From contig OZ250153.1 of assembly GCA_965237805.1 (NCBI GenBank), positions 1,588,382 to 1,652,381 of the forward strand: a stretch of DNA of 64,000 nt, given 5' to 3'. The DNA is from Gammaproteobacteria bacterium (GTDB lineage: Bacteria > Pseudomonadota > Gammaproteobacteria > JABABF01). The notes under the pieces were generated by a model that saw only the letters and a program-made list of their open reading frames with translations, was not told the origin of the DNA and did no database searches. Of the stretch, positions 42,733-54,732 are shown one piece after another; within the stretch, counting starts at the first letter, position 1; every line of letters begins with the position of its first letter. The position numbers were made by a program, and so were the translations under genes.

Positions 42733-44113
42733 ATGTCAGAATTGGAAATCGTCAACGCCTATAGTCGCGCAGTTTTGCGGCGCTTGCCGCTGCTTAGTGC
42801 CGCAGAGATTGAGGCGATGTTGGAGCGCGCATCAGCGTTGCACCGGAGTGCCGATGCGCCGTTGCCACCGTGGCGGCGCTTGGAGATCTTGGAGCGCCTT
42901 GCCACTCTGATGGCCGAGCGTGCCGAGTCCTTGGCGCAGCTGATCGCCACCGAGGGGGGCAAGCCCCTGCGCGATGCCCGCGTCGAGGCCGAGCGCGCCG
43001 TCGGCGGGGTGCGCGATGCCAGCGCCGCATTGCGCAAGCTGGCAGGGGAGGAGATCCCGATGGGGCTCAGCGCCGCCAGCGTCGGACGGCTCGCCTTCAC
43101 CACCCGCGAGCCGTGCGGAGTGGTGGTGGCGGTCAGCGCCTTCAATCATCCGCTCAACCTGATCGTGCACCAAGTGGTGCCGGCCATTGCCGTGGGCTGT
43201 CCGGTGATCGTCAAGCCAGCTCCGCAGGTGCCGCTGTGCTGTTTGGAGTTTGCCGAGCTCTGCGCTCAGGCTGGTCTGCCCGAGGGCTGGTTACAGCTGG
43301 CCTATTGTGGCAATGAGGAGGCCGAGCGCTTGGTGACCGACCAGCGCGTGGCTTTTTTCAGTTTTATTGGCTCATCGCGCGTCGGCTGGATGCTGCGCTC
43401 GCGCTTGGCCCCCGGCACGCGCTGCGCATTGGAGCATGGTGGGGCTGCGCCGGTCATCATGCTCGACGATGCTGACTGCGCGGCGGCGGTGCCACTACTC
43501 GCCAAGGGCGGCTATTACCATGCTGGCCAAGTGTGTGTCTCGGTGCAGCGTGTCTTTGCCACAGCTGCGCGTGCGGGCGATTTGGCGCGGCAGCTGGCCG
43601 ATTGCGCACGCGGCCTGCGTGTCGGCGACCCGCTGTTGGAAGAGACCGACATCGGCCCGCTGATCAGCCCTGCAGAGGTGGCACGCGTGGACGAATGGGT
43701 GCGCGAGGCGGTGGCCGGTGGCGGCGAGCTGCTGTGTGGTGGCGAGCGGCTCACTGAGACCAGCTACGCCGCCACCGTGGTCTTGGACCCACCTGCCGAC
43801 AGCCGGCTGGCCTGCGCTGAGATCTTCGGCCCGGTCATCTCAGTGTTCAGCTGCGCCGACCGAGCAGAGGCCATCGCCCGTGCCAACAGCCTCGATGGCC
43901 TTCCAAGCGGCGGTCTTCGGGCGCGTCGGCACCTTGCTGGACACGGCGCGGCGGCTGGATGCCTCTGCGGTGATGGTCAACGACCACACCGCCTTCCGCG
44001 TCGACTGGATGCCCTTTGCCGGACGGCGCAGCTCTGGTCTCGGGGTCGGCGGCATCGGCCACACGATGGCCGATATGTCGCAGGAGAAGCTGCTGGTGAT
44101 GCGCTTGGACTGA
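42733..44113 (+). pseudogene. Aldehyde dehydrogenase family gene with a frameshift near 43893
   Basis: ALDH core lies in frame 1 (ORF 42733..44193) up to ...ARANSLD. The conserved C-terminus (AFQAAVFGR...VMVNDHTAFRVDWMPFAGRRSSGLGVGG...MRLD*) lies in frame 2 (ORF 43718..44113). The duplicated copy at 47061 has two extra nt (gatGTggcc) that would restore the frame. Confidence 0.75.
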
Positions 44114-44134
44114 GACCCGGCAGGGCGGTGGCGC
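43850..44134 (+). repeat. Left direct repeat (3' end of the ALDH gene plus 21 nt downstream)
   Basis: gctgcgccgaccgagcagaggccatcgccc...gcgcttggactgagacccggcagggcggtggcgc recurs at 47061..47324. Confidence 0.9.
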
Positions 44135-44218
44135 ATCCCCGTTCTCCCCATCCTCTAGCTACCGGATGGCTTCATCTTAGCACGGCCAGCTGATTGATCA
44201 GAGCTTCCTTAAGTGGTT

Positions 44219-45079
44219 TTATCCGCTTGAATAATTAACTTTCACAAGTTTAGAGTCAATGTAATGGCCATGCGGATCAGAATCTAATTTATTCTCATCT
44301 TGCAGAAAATCAGCAGAATAGTTTTCGTTTGACACATAAATATGCGCCTTGTTCTCGCTACAATCAAAAGCTATATTTTTTGCGGTATTCTGGGTGATTG
44401 TGTTATAGCCTGCGTAATAGTTGATATTTTCTGATGGAGCTTCTCCAATTACAATAATCTTAGGGTCGATGCTCTCTAACCAGTCAGTTGGGCTTTGCCG
44501 CTATCTCTTCCATGGTGTGGGGCATGTCGGCTTTACCTGGAGCCTATTTTCCATGAAGTCTGATTCAAGATCTCCCATCCAGAGAAATTCCGCTCCATCT
44601 TTTAAACTATATTTAACTACACATGAAATGTTATTAGGGCTTTCACCATCCTTTACTTTCCGAGCGATTTAAAATATTCATTTGATGTGATTGGCCATAG
44701 ATGCCAATGCCAGAAGATCCTCTCCCATTTAGCTTGATTCAGCAGCATCTTTTGCAGCACTCTTTTTTGAATGATCTCTCAGTTCGCAATAGCGCTTGAA
44801 ATCGACTGTCTCGGATTCCTTGGTGGCTGTTGTTGCGCAATAGAAATTTTTAATTTGCATTTTTTTATCCAACGCCACTAGATTTCTTATATGGCACCGT
44901 CTGGATGCGTTGAAATAAAGCGTTCAATTCCTTTGGCTGAAGATTGCCGTTCAATCTCGATTAGAATCCATTCTTTATTTTCATCTGACATGCAACGCAA
45001 TCATAGTGAAATTATCACTTTCATGCTTGATATAGAACATGTCGCCATCACCTACGGCTAGTGACTTGACGGTGCTCAT
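44219..45079 (-). pseudogene. MBL-fold metallo-hydrolase-like gene remnant (several frameshifts and in-frame stops)
   Basis: Manual minus-strand translation gives MSTVKSLAVGDGDMFYIKHESDNFTM..., SDENKEWILIEIERQSSAKGIERFISTHPD..., HIRNLVALDKKMQIKNFYCATTATKESETVDFKRYCELRD..., and IDPKIIVIGEAPSENINYYAGYNTITQNTAKNIAFDCSENKAHIYVSNENY... These are spread over three frames with stops (for example PWKR*RQSP). Confidence 0.55.
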
Positions 45080-46010
45080 GAGGCTTTCTCCTGCCGCGCT
45101 ATTTCGATTCGTTGCCATAGGAAGTCTGTTTATGATAAGCAGCAAGGAAAAGGATGGTAACCATTATTACAGACCAAAGGTGATGCTGGTTTCAATGAGA
45201 ACGACAAAATCTAGTTGGCTGCGGGCCAAATTGTTTCGGTTTGTTCATAGATTCTGGCTATTAAGAGAACTATAAACAAAGCAACAAAAGTGCGGTACAT
45301 ATTATTCACCTCAGAGAGGAGTTCGATCTTTTCATCTTTTTTTGATGCTGAAATAAAATCCCCGTAATTTTCGTGGCTAGGTAATAGGAATTTTTTCGGC
45401 GAGTATTAGAGCCCCCACTCTACTGATGATTGCCAATAAAGTAGTAGAAGAATACACCGGTGAGGAGGCTGTCTTGTATAAACGAGCGTTGCAGGAAAGC
45501 CTCCGCCAAGATGCAAAGACCGTCCCTGTCAACAGATAGTTGAAGATGTCGTACGATGAGAATTTATCAGATATTTCATTTGTTATCTATTTTCCTATGG
45601 TTTCCTGTTGGTGATTGTCTGCTACCCGGTCATTACCGTATACGGTTTGGCACTATACCATTATTTTAGGGAATTACATACTTGCTTGCCGCGCAAGTCA
45701 AGATCCGCATAGTCGTGGCTAGGCATGGTTTTATGGATTCGGCTCCAGCCTTGATTCGTAACAAAAAAAGCCGCTCTCGCTTGGCCTGTATCCTTATTGA
45801 GGATGAAAATGACATTTTTGTGGCCACCACGCATCATGCTATACGGCATTTTGTCAACCATGGCCACTAGCGAAGTAAGACTGCGTCACGACTGCCACAA
45901 ACCGGCAATTGGGGCAGTTTGGTGGATTGGGACATGCTGAAGCCTTGGTTCGTCTAGGCCAAGCGATGGATGCACTCTTTCATGCGCTTGTTAGCGGGCC
46001 AGTCTCATCA

Positions 46011-46800
46011 TCAAAATGAACCGCAGCGCGTAGCTATTGGTAAGAATCGATCTAGTGTTATCCGGAATTCTTGCCATGTCCTGCGCTTGCATCCAAGCCA
46101 AGACCTTCCCCAGGTGGACTTGTAGGCACGAGTGAGCCAATAGTCGTGCCACGGTCGACGGCCTTCCTCATCTGCTGGATTTCGTTTCTCCAGTAGGCGA
46201 AGAAGTCCGGGCGGATTGAGCCTAGCGTAGATCACATCTTTGCTAATGGAGCTACCCACGCGGGGTTTGCGGTTTTCTACCCGGATTGCTGTGGCCAGCA
46301 TTTCTTCCCACTCATCCACGCGCAGCGGTATATATGTTCATAAAATTCTAATGGGAACTGGTGACCGAGCTTAATGTATTCATGAGCCAAGATGGCTTCA
46401 AATGTCTCGCGTAGTGTGCGTTTGCCGAGTCTTCATAGCCAATAGCCCATGGCAACTGGCCACACCCATTAGTGCCCTGCCCAGCATCTCTGCAGCGGCA
46501 ATGCGCACACTGTGGCTTAGTCAGCGCCCCATCTTGCTTGGCGCTAAGCCAGACCTGTATCAGGTTGGGTAGCAAGAGGGCGTCAAATCCGCGTGCTCGG
46601 CCACCACGCCTCAATGTATACGGAATTGGGCGAAAAGTAGGAAGCGATTTATCCTTTGCTATATATGCCGACTTATGCTCTCGATTCGCATGGCAAAAAG
46701 TAGGAATCGGCTCCCAATGCGGATTGAGAGTGTGGTGCGCCCAATACGTCCTCAAGAGCGCCTGATTACCCGCGCCACAGCGCAGGCAATCTCCGCACAT
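46011..46800 (-). pseudogene. P63C-domain (phage-type) gene remnant, frameshifted
   Basis: ORF 46348..46800 has PIPYTLRRGGRARGFDALLLPNLIQVWLSAKQDGALTKPQ...AIGYEDS. An alternative frame gives KRTLRETFEAILAHEYIKLGHQFPLEFYEHIYR. ORF 46011..46319 has DEWEEM...VIYARLNPPGLLRLLEKRNP...TWQEFRITLDRFLP. Together these follow the P63C domain order. Confidence 0.5.
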
Positions 46801-46854
46801 GCCGTCCCTAACCGCTTTGAATGATTGCGTCGGCCTTCATCTAATTTGCTTTTA

Positions 46855-47042
46855 TTATCTTTCATGCCGCGGATAGGTGAGCCGCTTGCCAACCGCCGTA
46901 GCGAGGCGATGCGCTCCATCGTGTGGCGCGCACATTGCCAGCTCACATGGCAGTGCTTCTGGCTCCAATTGTGGTAAACGCCATTGTAGCCGCGCTTCAG
47001 CACCGCCCAGCTCTCTATTCCATTGGTGCTGCCATGCCATTC
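46855..47042 (-). mobile_element. C-terminal fragment of an IS1595-family (ISXO2-like) transposase, frameshifted and 5'-truncated
   Basis: HGSTNGIESWAVLKRGYNGVYHNWSQKHCH matches the HTNxIExFWxxLKRGxxGxYHxxSxKHL signature. A second frame gives ...RLATAVGKRLTYPRHER*. The N-terminal part is absent because the sequence abuts the right direct repeat. Confidence 0.55.
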
Positions 47043-47060
47043 ACATACTCCCTGCCGATG

Positions 47061-47324
47061 GCTGCGCCGACCGAGCAGAGGCCATCGCCCGCGCCAACAG
47101 CCTCGATGTGGCCTTCCAAGCGCGGTTTTCGGGCGCGATATCGGCACCTTGCTGGACACGGCGCGGCGGCTAGACGGCGCGCCTTCCGCGTCGACTGGAT
47201 GCCCTTTGCCGGACGGCGCAGCTCCGGTCTCGGGGTCGGCGGCATCGGCCACACGATGGCCGATATGTCGCAGGAGAAGCTGCTGGTGATGCGCTTGGAC
47301 TGAGACCCGGCAGGGCGGTGGCGC
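47061..47324 (+). repeat. Right direct repeat: displaced, decayed copy of the ALDH 3' end
   Basis: Collinear with 43850..44134, apart from a ~25-nt internal deletion and small indels (gatgtggcc vs gatggcc; gcgcggtttt vs gcggcggtctt; gcgatatcggc vs gcgtcggc). Confidence 0.9.
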
Positions 47325-47332
47325 GCCGTCAG

Positions 47333-48058
47333 CTAGGTCACCGTGGCCGAGCCGAGTAACCACCAAGCGGCGAGCGCGAGCAATATCAGTGCCGTGGACA
47401 GCGCCATCAGTGCGCGCCAGTTCCCCATCAGTCGGCGCAGCTGTTCTTCGCTCAGGCGTGATGCCACGCCGCTGATGATGGCGAAGCGCGCGCCGCGCCC
47501 GCAGCCCGACGCGATGATGAAGCCCAGCAAGGGCTGCGCCATCACACCTGCGGTGAAGGTGAACAGCTTGAAGGGCAGCGGCGTGAAGCCGACGATCAGC
47601 AGCGCCCACACCCCCCAGCGGTGGAACCAGGAGCGTGCGGTGTCGAAGTGCGCGGCGTAGCTGGGGTGCCGGTAAAGCCACGGCTCCAGCCACTCGAAGA
47701 AGAAGCTGCCGATGGCGTAGCAGCACAGCCCGCCCAGCACTGAGCACAGCGTCGCCAGCAATGCCAGCTGCCACCAGCGCCTGGGCTGCGCCAAAGCCAT
47801 CGGTGCCAAGATGGCATCGGGCGGCACCGGCAGGATGATCGCCTCGCTCCAACTGACAAATACCAGCGTCCAGACGGCGTAGCGGTGGCGGGCTGCGGAC
47901 AGCGCCCAAGTCATCATCGCCGAGCTCCAAGCCTTCCAGTCCGAGCTCAGTGCCTGATCGGCGGCGGTAGTTGCCCTTGCCGCCACAGCTGGCTCGCTCT
48001 CCGCATTGCTCGTCTGAGCCAGAGCTGGTTGCAGCTCCGGAGAAGATGACTCTGCCAT
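47333..48058 (-). CDS. DedA/YqaA-family (SNARE-associated) inner-membrane protein
   Basis: SEAIILPVPPDAILAPMAL...GFTPLPFKLFTFTAGVM pattern with 4-5 TM helices. ATG at 48058 inside ORF 47333..48181. Confidence 0.7.
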   Translation of the reverse strand: MAESSSPELQPALAQTSNAESEPAVAARATTAADQALSSDWKAWSSAMMTWALSAARHRYAVWTLVFVSWSEAIILPVPPDAILAPMALAQPRRWWQLALLATLCSVLGGLCCYAIGSFFFEWLEPWLYRHPSYAAHFDTARSWFHRWGVWALLIVGFTPLPFKLFTFTAGVMAQPLLGFIIASGCGRGARFAIISGVASRLSEEQLRRLMGNWRALMALSTALILLALAAWWLLGSATVT

Positions 48059-48129
48059 GGTAGTCTGCCCCTCATGTTGCAGCATCCGCAACGAGTCAGC
48101 TATGATGCATTCTAGCACTGGGGGCGGCC

Positions 48130-48159
48130 TTGCTAAGGCTCCAAAACATGGGCTATAAT
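48130..48159 (+). promoter_or_regulatory. Candidate sigma-70 promoter for the 23S-5S operon
   Basis: TTGCTA (48130-48135), 18-nt spacer, TATAAT (48154-48159). The -10 box is embedded in the palindrome GGCTATAATAGCC, ~310 nt upstream of 23S. Confidence 0.3.
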
Positions 48160-48468
48160 AGCCGTCTAATCTCCTGCCCAAGTGGTTGGAGACTGCTATT
48201 TGTCAACTGGTAGAGCCAAGGTGCGTGGCTGCCCGCAAGGGTACGCCGCGCAAATAAATCGCTTATATAGAAGCGAATTTTTAGCTGATAGATAATTAGT
48301 TAATGGGTTTTATTAAGGGCATGTGCCCTATTAATGCGCATGTCCGGCGAAATAAGATCGCGGGTGCCAGCAAGTAGCTCGGCAACCCGCCTCTGTGATC
48401 TCAACGCCCCATAGAGTGGGCGTTTACCCAGTCTGGTGACACTTCGGTGCCGCTGTTCCGGGTGATAG

Positions 48469-51406
<2,938 letters not shown>

Positions 51407-51508
51407 ATCACCCGGGCCAGTGGCCCGGACCGGATATGCGTTGTAGCGCGCATCCCTTGATAGCCCATGCGCCGCTTTTGCGGCGGCCTCGGCTCTACCA
51501 ACCTTTTA

Positions 51509-51628
51509 TGCCTGATGAACACAGAGCGCTGGTCCCACCCGATCCCATTCCGAACTCGGCAGTGAAATGGCGTATCGCCGATGGTAGTGCGGGGTCTCCC
51601 CGTGTGAGAGTAGGACATCGTCAGGCAC
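51509..51628 (+). rRNA. rrf: 5S ribosomal RNA
   Basis: TGCCTGATGAACACAGAGCGCTGGTCCCACCCGATCCCATTCCGAACTCGGCAGTGAAATGGCGTATCGCCGATGGTAGTGCGGGGTCTCCCCGTGTGAGAGTAGGACATCGTCAGGCAC aligns position-for-position with the E. coli 5S rRNA. Confidence 0.95.
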
Positions 51629-51640
51629 CCTTGGCGCGCC

Positions 51641-51673
51641 GCCGCCCCAGACCAGGGGCGGCAGCCTTTTTTT
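51641..51673 (+). terminator. Rho-independent terminator of the rRNA operon
   Basis: GCCGCCCC / AGACCA / GGGGCGGC hairpin followed by AGCC and a T7 run. Confidence 0.6.
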
Positions 51674-51806
51674 GTGGCCTCCCTGTCGCGGAAGTCACTG
51701 CAATCCGGCTCTGAGGATCGGCTGGCGTTGCAGCTGTAATTCGCTGTTGTACGCCGCCTCTACGGACTGCGCCACCGTCTCCGAGCGGAGCGTTGCGAAG
51801 ACACCC

Positions 51807-52705
51807 ATGGCAAAAAACAGGCGCGACTTCGTAACGCGGGCAAGGAACTGGTTGCAGAACAACAAACACCACTTTGAGGATCTGCCTATCTTTGTGGTCG
51901 GCATGGGCCATTCGGGCACAAGCGCACTTTGCCAAGCCTTGCAACGGCATTCCCAAGTGAGGATGCTAGCCAAGAGGCCCCGCTATTTGGAGATCTGGGG
52001 CAGATGGCTTTCCGCTACGGTTGCGAGCCCTCAGTATTAGGCAATCCTTATGTGCCGGGTTCGGTGAAGATCAGTGCGGAACAGTTTGGCAAGATGCTCA
52101 GGGATTTATGCTACCGTTGCGCTTTCGGCACCACCTCCCCGGGTTTGAAAGGCTTGCTGGTTTGGCGCAACCGACATCCGCAGTACCGCGGTCACGGCCC
52201 CAAAAAATACTGGGGCATCAAAACCTTCCCTAATGAGCAGCAGGCTGCAGGCTTGCGGTGGCTCTATCCGCAGGCTAAATTCCTGCTCATCGTCAGAAAC
52301 GGCATGGATGTCGTGCAATCGATGTCGGGCTATGGTTATTACTCGCAACAGTCCTTCGAAGAGCGTTGCCGCACTTGGAATACGGTGATGATGAGCTATC
52401 GCTTCCTCGGAGACCGTGCCGAGGCGCTGACCTTGGGCTTCGAGGATTTGCTGGGGGACCCTGCAGCGGTTTTGGCACGCGTTTGGGGTCATTTAGAGCT
52501 GGCTGCGGATCCCGCGCCAGCACATTTCCTATCCTCCACTTTTGTCCACACCCAAAACAACCCGGTAATAAAGGAAAGCGACCCGCTGGTACAGCTGCGC
52601 AATCGCTCAGCGGCTTATCAGGATTGGAGTAGCGAAGAAAAAGCTGTTTTCAAGGAGCTGTGCGCAGAATCCATGGCCGAGCTCCGTTACGACATACCGT
52701 TTTGA
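51807..52705 (+). pseudogene. Sulfotransferase-family gene with a frameshift near 51960-51970
   Basis: The PAPS-binding P-loop FVVGMGHSGTSAL is in frame 3 (ORF 51672..52040, ATG at 51807). The rest (LLIVRNGMDVVQS..., 258 aa) is in frame 2 (ORF 51929..52705), which has only a TTG start. Confidence 0.6.
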
Positions 52706-52758
52706 GCGGTGATCGAAAAAGCAAGGCTGATCATTGCACGAAGCCACAGCCCGCCGCT

Positions 52759-53226
52759 TTAATCCACCACTTCGTGCTTTGAGGGCAGATACCGTTGCAG
52801 TGGGTATTTATTCTCGGTGCATTTCATGCGCTGGATGGCGCTGCTATGCACTTTGGCACCGTCAGGGAGTTTGCGCCGTTTGGGTTGGAGTCTACGCCAG
52901 GGCAGCTTCTTCGCTTCGTCATGCGGCTTGTCATGGGAATCAGCTCGATAGGACTGTTGGCGCAATGCTTGGCGGTTGATTGTTAGACCACGTGCCAGTG
53001 CTTTGTGCGCCATCCACTGCAATGCGCAGTTCGAGAGCCCGCACTCAGCGTAGCCGCCGCCCACATCCGAATGTGATCCGGCAAACCACAGCTGTTCTAT
53101 AGTCTGCTTCGGTGTTTGTCGGCTTTCATCCCACAGGGAGGGCTTAAAAGCCGTGCGCCTTTCGTCGATGGCCAGTGCATGGTAGGCAAAGGGGATATCA
53201 GGGTTCAGCCGGGCATCGTGAAAGCG
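52759..53226 (-). pseudogene. Truncated DUF2235 (Tle1-like alpha/beta hydrolase) paralog: C-terminal half only, with no start codon
   Basis: The last 155 codons of ORF 52759..54450 (RFHDARLNPDIPFAYHALAIDERR...WFAGSHSDVGGGY...EVVD*) align with the C-terminal half of the intact gene 55087..56055. The remainder of that ORF is antisense to the P450 gene. Confidence 0.7.
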
Positions 53227-53400
53227 GTGGCGCAGCCGCAGCGGCTCGCAGCGTCCCCCGGCTTGCGGCGCCAGCGTCGCGCCGCTGCGCGTGGGCGGAC
53301 TATTTGGCCCACCGCCGCCGAGCGCATCGCCAGCCTGTTGCCTATTCTTAGGTTGATCTGATATGATGAAAATCTTGCGAGACCAGCTGGAGCCAAGTCG

Positions 53401-54729
53401 ATGAAAGCTATTCCACAGGTGAGCGGTGCCCAGGGCGAAATGGGTCATTTCGCGGAGTTCTGTGCCAACCCGGCACTGTTTCTCAAACGTGCGCACAAGG
53501 AAAACGGCGAGCTGTGCGAGTTCGACTTGGCTGGCCTTAAAACGGTGCTGATGGTTTCTGCCCAAGCGCAGGAACTGGTTTTCCGGGCACCGGATGAGCA
53601 GCTCAATGCCGCCGCGGCCTACCAGCTGATGGTGCCGGTTTTTGGTGAGGGCATCCAGTACGGGGCACCTCCGGAGATCGAGCGCCAGCAGCTCAAAATG
53701 CAGGCACGGGGTCTGCGGCAGGACCGCATGAAAACCTATGCCGCGATCATCGCCCAGGAAGTGGAAGACTGGATCGGCAGCTGGGGAGATGAGGGCGAGC
53801 TCAATATTTATGAGGCCTTTACCCGGCTGACCCTGAAGACCTCCACTCACTGCCTGATGGGGGCGGATTTTCGCTCGACCATGACCGAAGAATTCGCCGA
53901 GCTCTACCACGACTTGGAATCGGCGGTCAGTCCCGAGGCCCTGCGCGACCCCGACGACGCACAGGATGCTGTCTTTGTACAGCGCGATAAGGCGCGGGCT
54001 AGGCTCGGTGAACTGATCAGCGAGCGTGTCGCCCAGCGCCGGGCCAGTGGCGTAGTCCACGAGGATATGTTGCAGATCTATATTGATGCGACTTATCAGG
54101 ATGGCCGCCCGCTCAGCGACCATGAAATTACCGGCATGGTGATCTGGTTCATGTTTGCCGGTCATCACACCAGTGGCAATACCTCCAGCTGGACGGCGGT
54201 GGAGCTGGCCAAGAACCCAGCACTGGCCGCCGAGATCACCGCCGAGATCAAAGCGCTCTACCGCCAAACCAGTGAGCTGAGTCGCACCGCCCTCAAGACG
54301 ATCCCCAAGCTGGAGGCGTTCATCATGGAAACCCTGCGCCTGCACCCGCCCTTGGTGACGCTGACCCGGCGGGTGATGCAGGACTTTGAGTACAAGGGCT
54401 ATCCCATCACGGTTGGCAAGAATGTCATGGTCTCGCCCTATGTGGCGCACCGGCTACCGGAGCATTTCCCTGATCCGGAGCGCTTCGATCCCTCCCGCCA
54501 GGAGCCGGACAATGTGTTTGCGTTTATCCCCTTTGGCGGTGGCCACCGCAAATGTGTCGGCAATGCCTTTGCCATTCTGCAGGTCAAGGCCATCTTTTGT
54601 GCGCTGCTGCATCACTACCGCTTTGAGCTGGTGGATGCGCCGGAGACTTACACCGATGTCATGCCCTCGCTGATCCTGCGCCCCAGCGACCCCTGTCTAC
54701 TGCGTTATCGGCGTCAAGAGGCCGCCTGA
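53401..54729 (+). CDS. cyp51: Cytochrome P450, CYP51 (sterol 14-alpha-demethylase) family
   Basis: Heme motif FIPFGGGHRKCVGNAFA. CYP51 signatures AYQLMVPVFGEGIQYGAPPE (B'-C loop) and ITGMVIWFMFAGHHTSGNTSSW (helix I). Recognisably collinear end to end with M. tuberculosis CYP51. Confidence 0.85.
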   Translation: MKAIPQVSGAQGEMGHFAEFCANPALFLKRAHKENGELCEFDLAGLKTVLMVSAQAQELVFRAPDEQLNAAAAYQLMVPVFGEGIQYGAPPEIERQQLKMQARGLRQDRMKTYAAIIAQEVEDWIGSWGDEGELNIYEAFTRLTLKTSTHCLMGADFRSTMTEEFAELYHDLESAVSPEALRDPDDAQDAVFVQRDKARARLGELISERVAQRRASGVVHEDMLQIYIDATYQDGRPLSDHEITGMVIWFMFAGHHTSGNTSSWTAVELAKNPALAAEITAEIKALYRQTSELSRTALKTIPKLEAFIMETLRLHPPLVTLTRRVMQDFEYKGYPITVGKNVMVSPYVAHRLPEHFPDPERFDPSRQEPDNVFAFIPFGGGHRKCVGNAFAILQVKAIFCALLHHYRFELVDAPETYTDVMPSLILRPSDPCLLRYRRQEAA

Positions 54730-54732
54730 GCT

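Larger units (their letters stand above)
44135..47060. mobile_element. Degenerate AT-rich foreign island (integrative element or prophage remnant) between direct repeats of the ALDH 3' end
   Basis: Base composition drops abruptly to visibly AT-rich sequence from ~44200 to ~46100. The island contains only broken genes (MBL-fold, P63C-like, IS1595-type transposase fragment). It is bracketed by the repeats at 43850..44134 and 47061..47324. Confidence 0.7.

Noticed and set aside
45208-45297. 29-codon hydrophobic minus-strand ORF (MYRTFVALFIVLLIARIYEQTETIWPAAN) with a GAGGTG RBS inside the island, and the 68-aa ORF 45661..45867
   Set aside because: They are too short and sit in a region of general gene decay. 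There is no family signature, so they cannot be distinguished from chance ORFs.
46752-47930. 392-aa minus-strand ORF spanning the island edge, the right direct repeat and the DedA/YqaA gene
   Set aside because: It is a chimeric read-through. Only its last ~60 codons (IS1595-like HGSTNGIESW...) are meaningful. The rest overlaps the YqaA-family gene in a different frame and the antisense of the ALDH repeat.
48200-48235. tRNA-like D-arm sequence GTCAACTGGTAGAGCC upstream of 23S (possible spacer tRNA or its remnant)
   Set aside because: No acceptor stem, anticodon arm or GGTTCGAATCC-type T-arm follows. At most it is a fragment and cannot be supported as a tRNA.
52759-54450. 563-aa minus-strand ORF
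   Set aside because: Only its last 155 codons (52759-53226) resemble a real protein (DUF2235). The rest is antisense to the well-supported CYP51 gene and has no start context.
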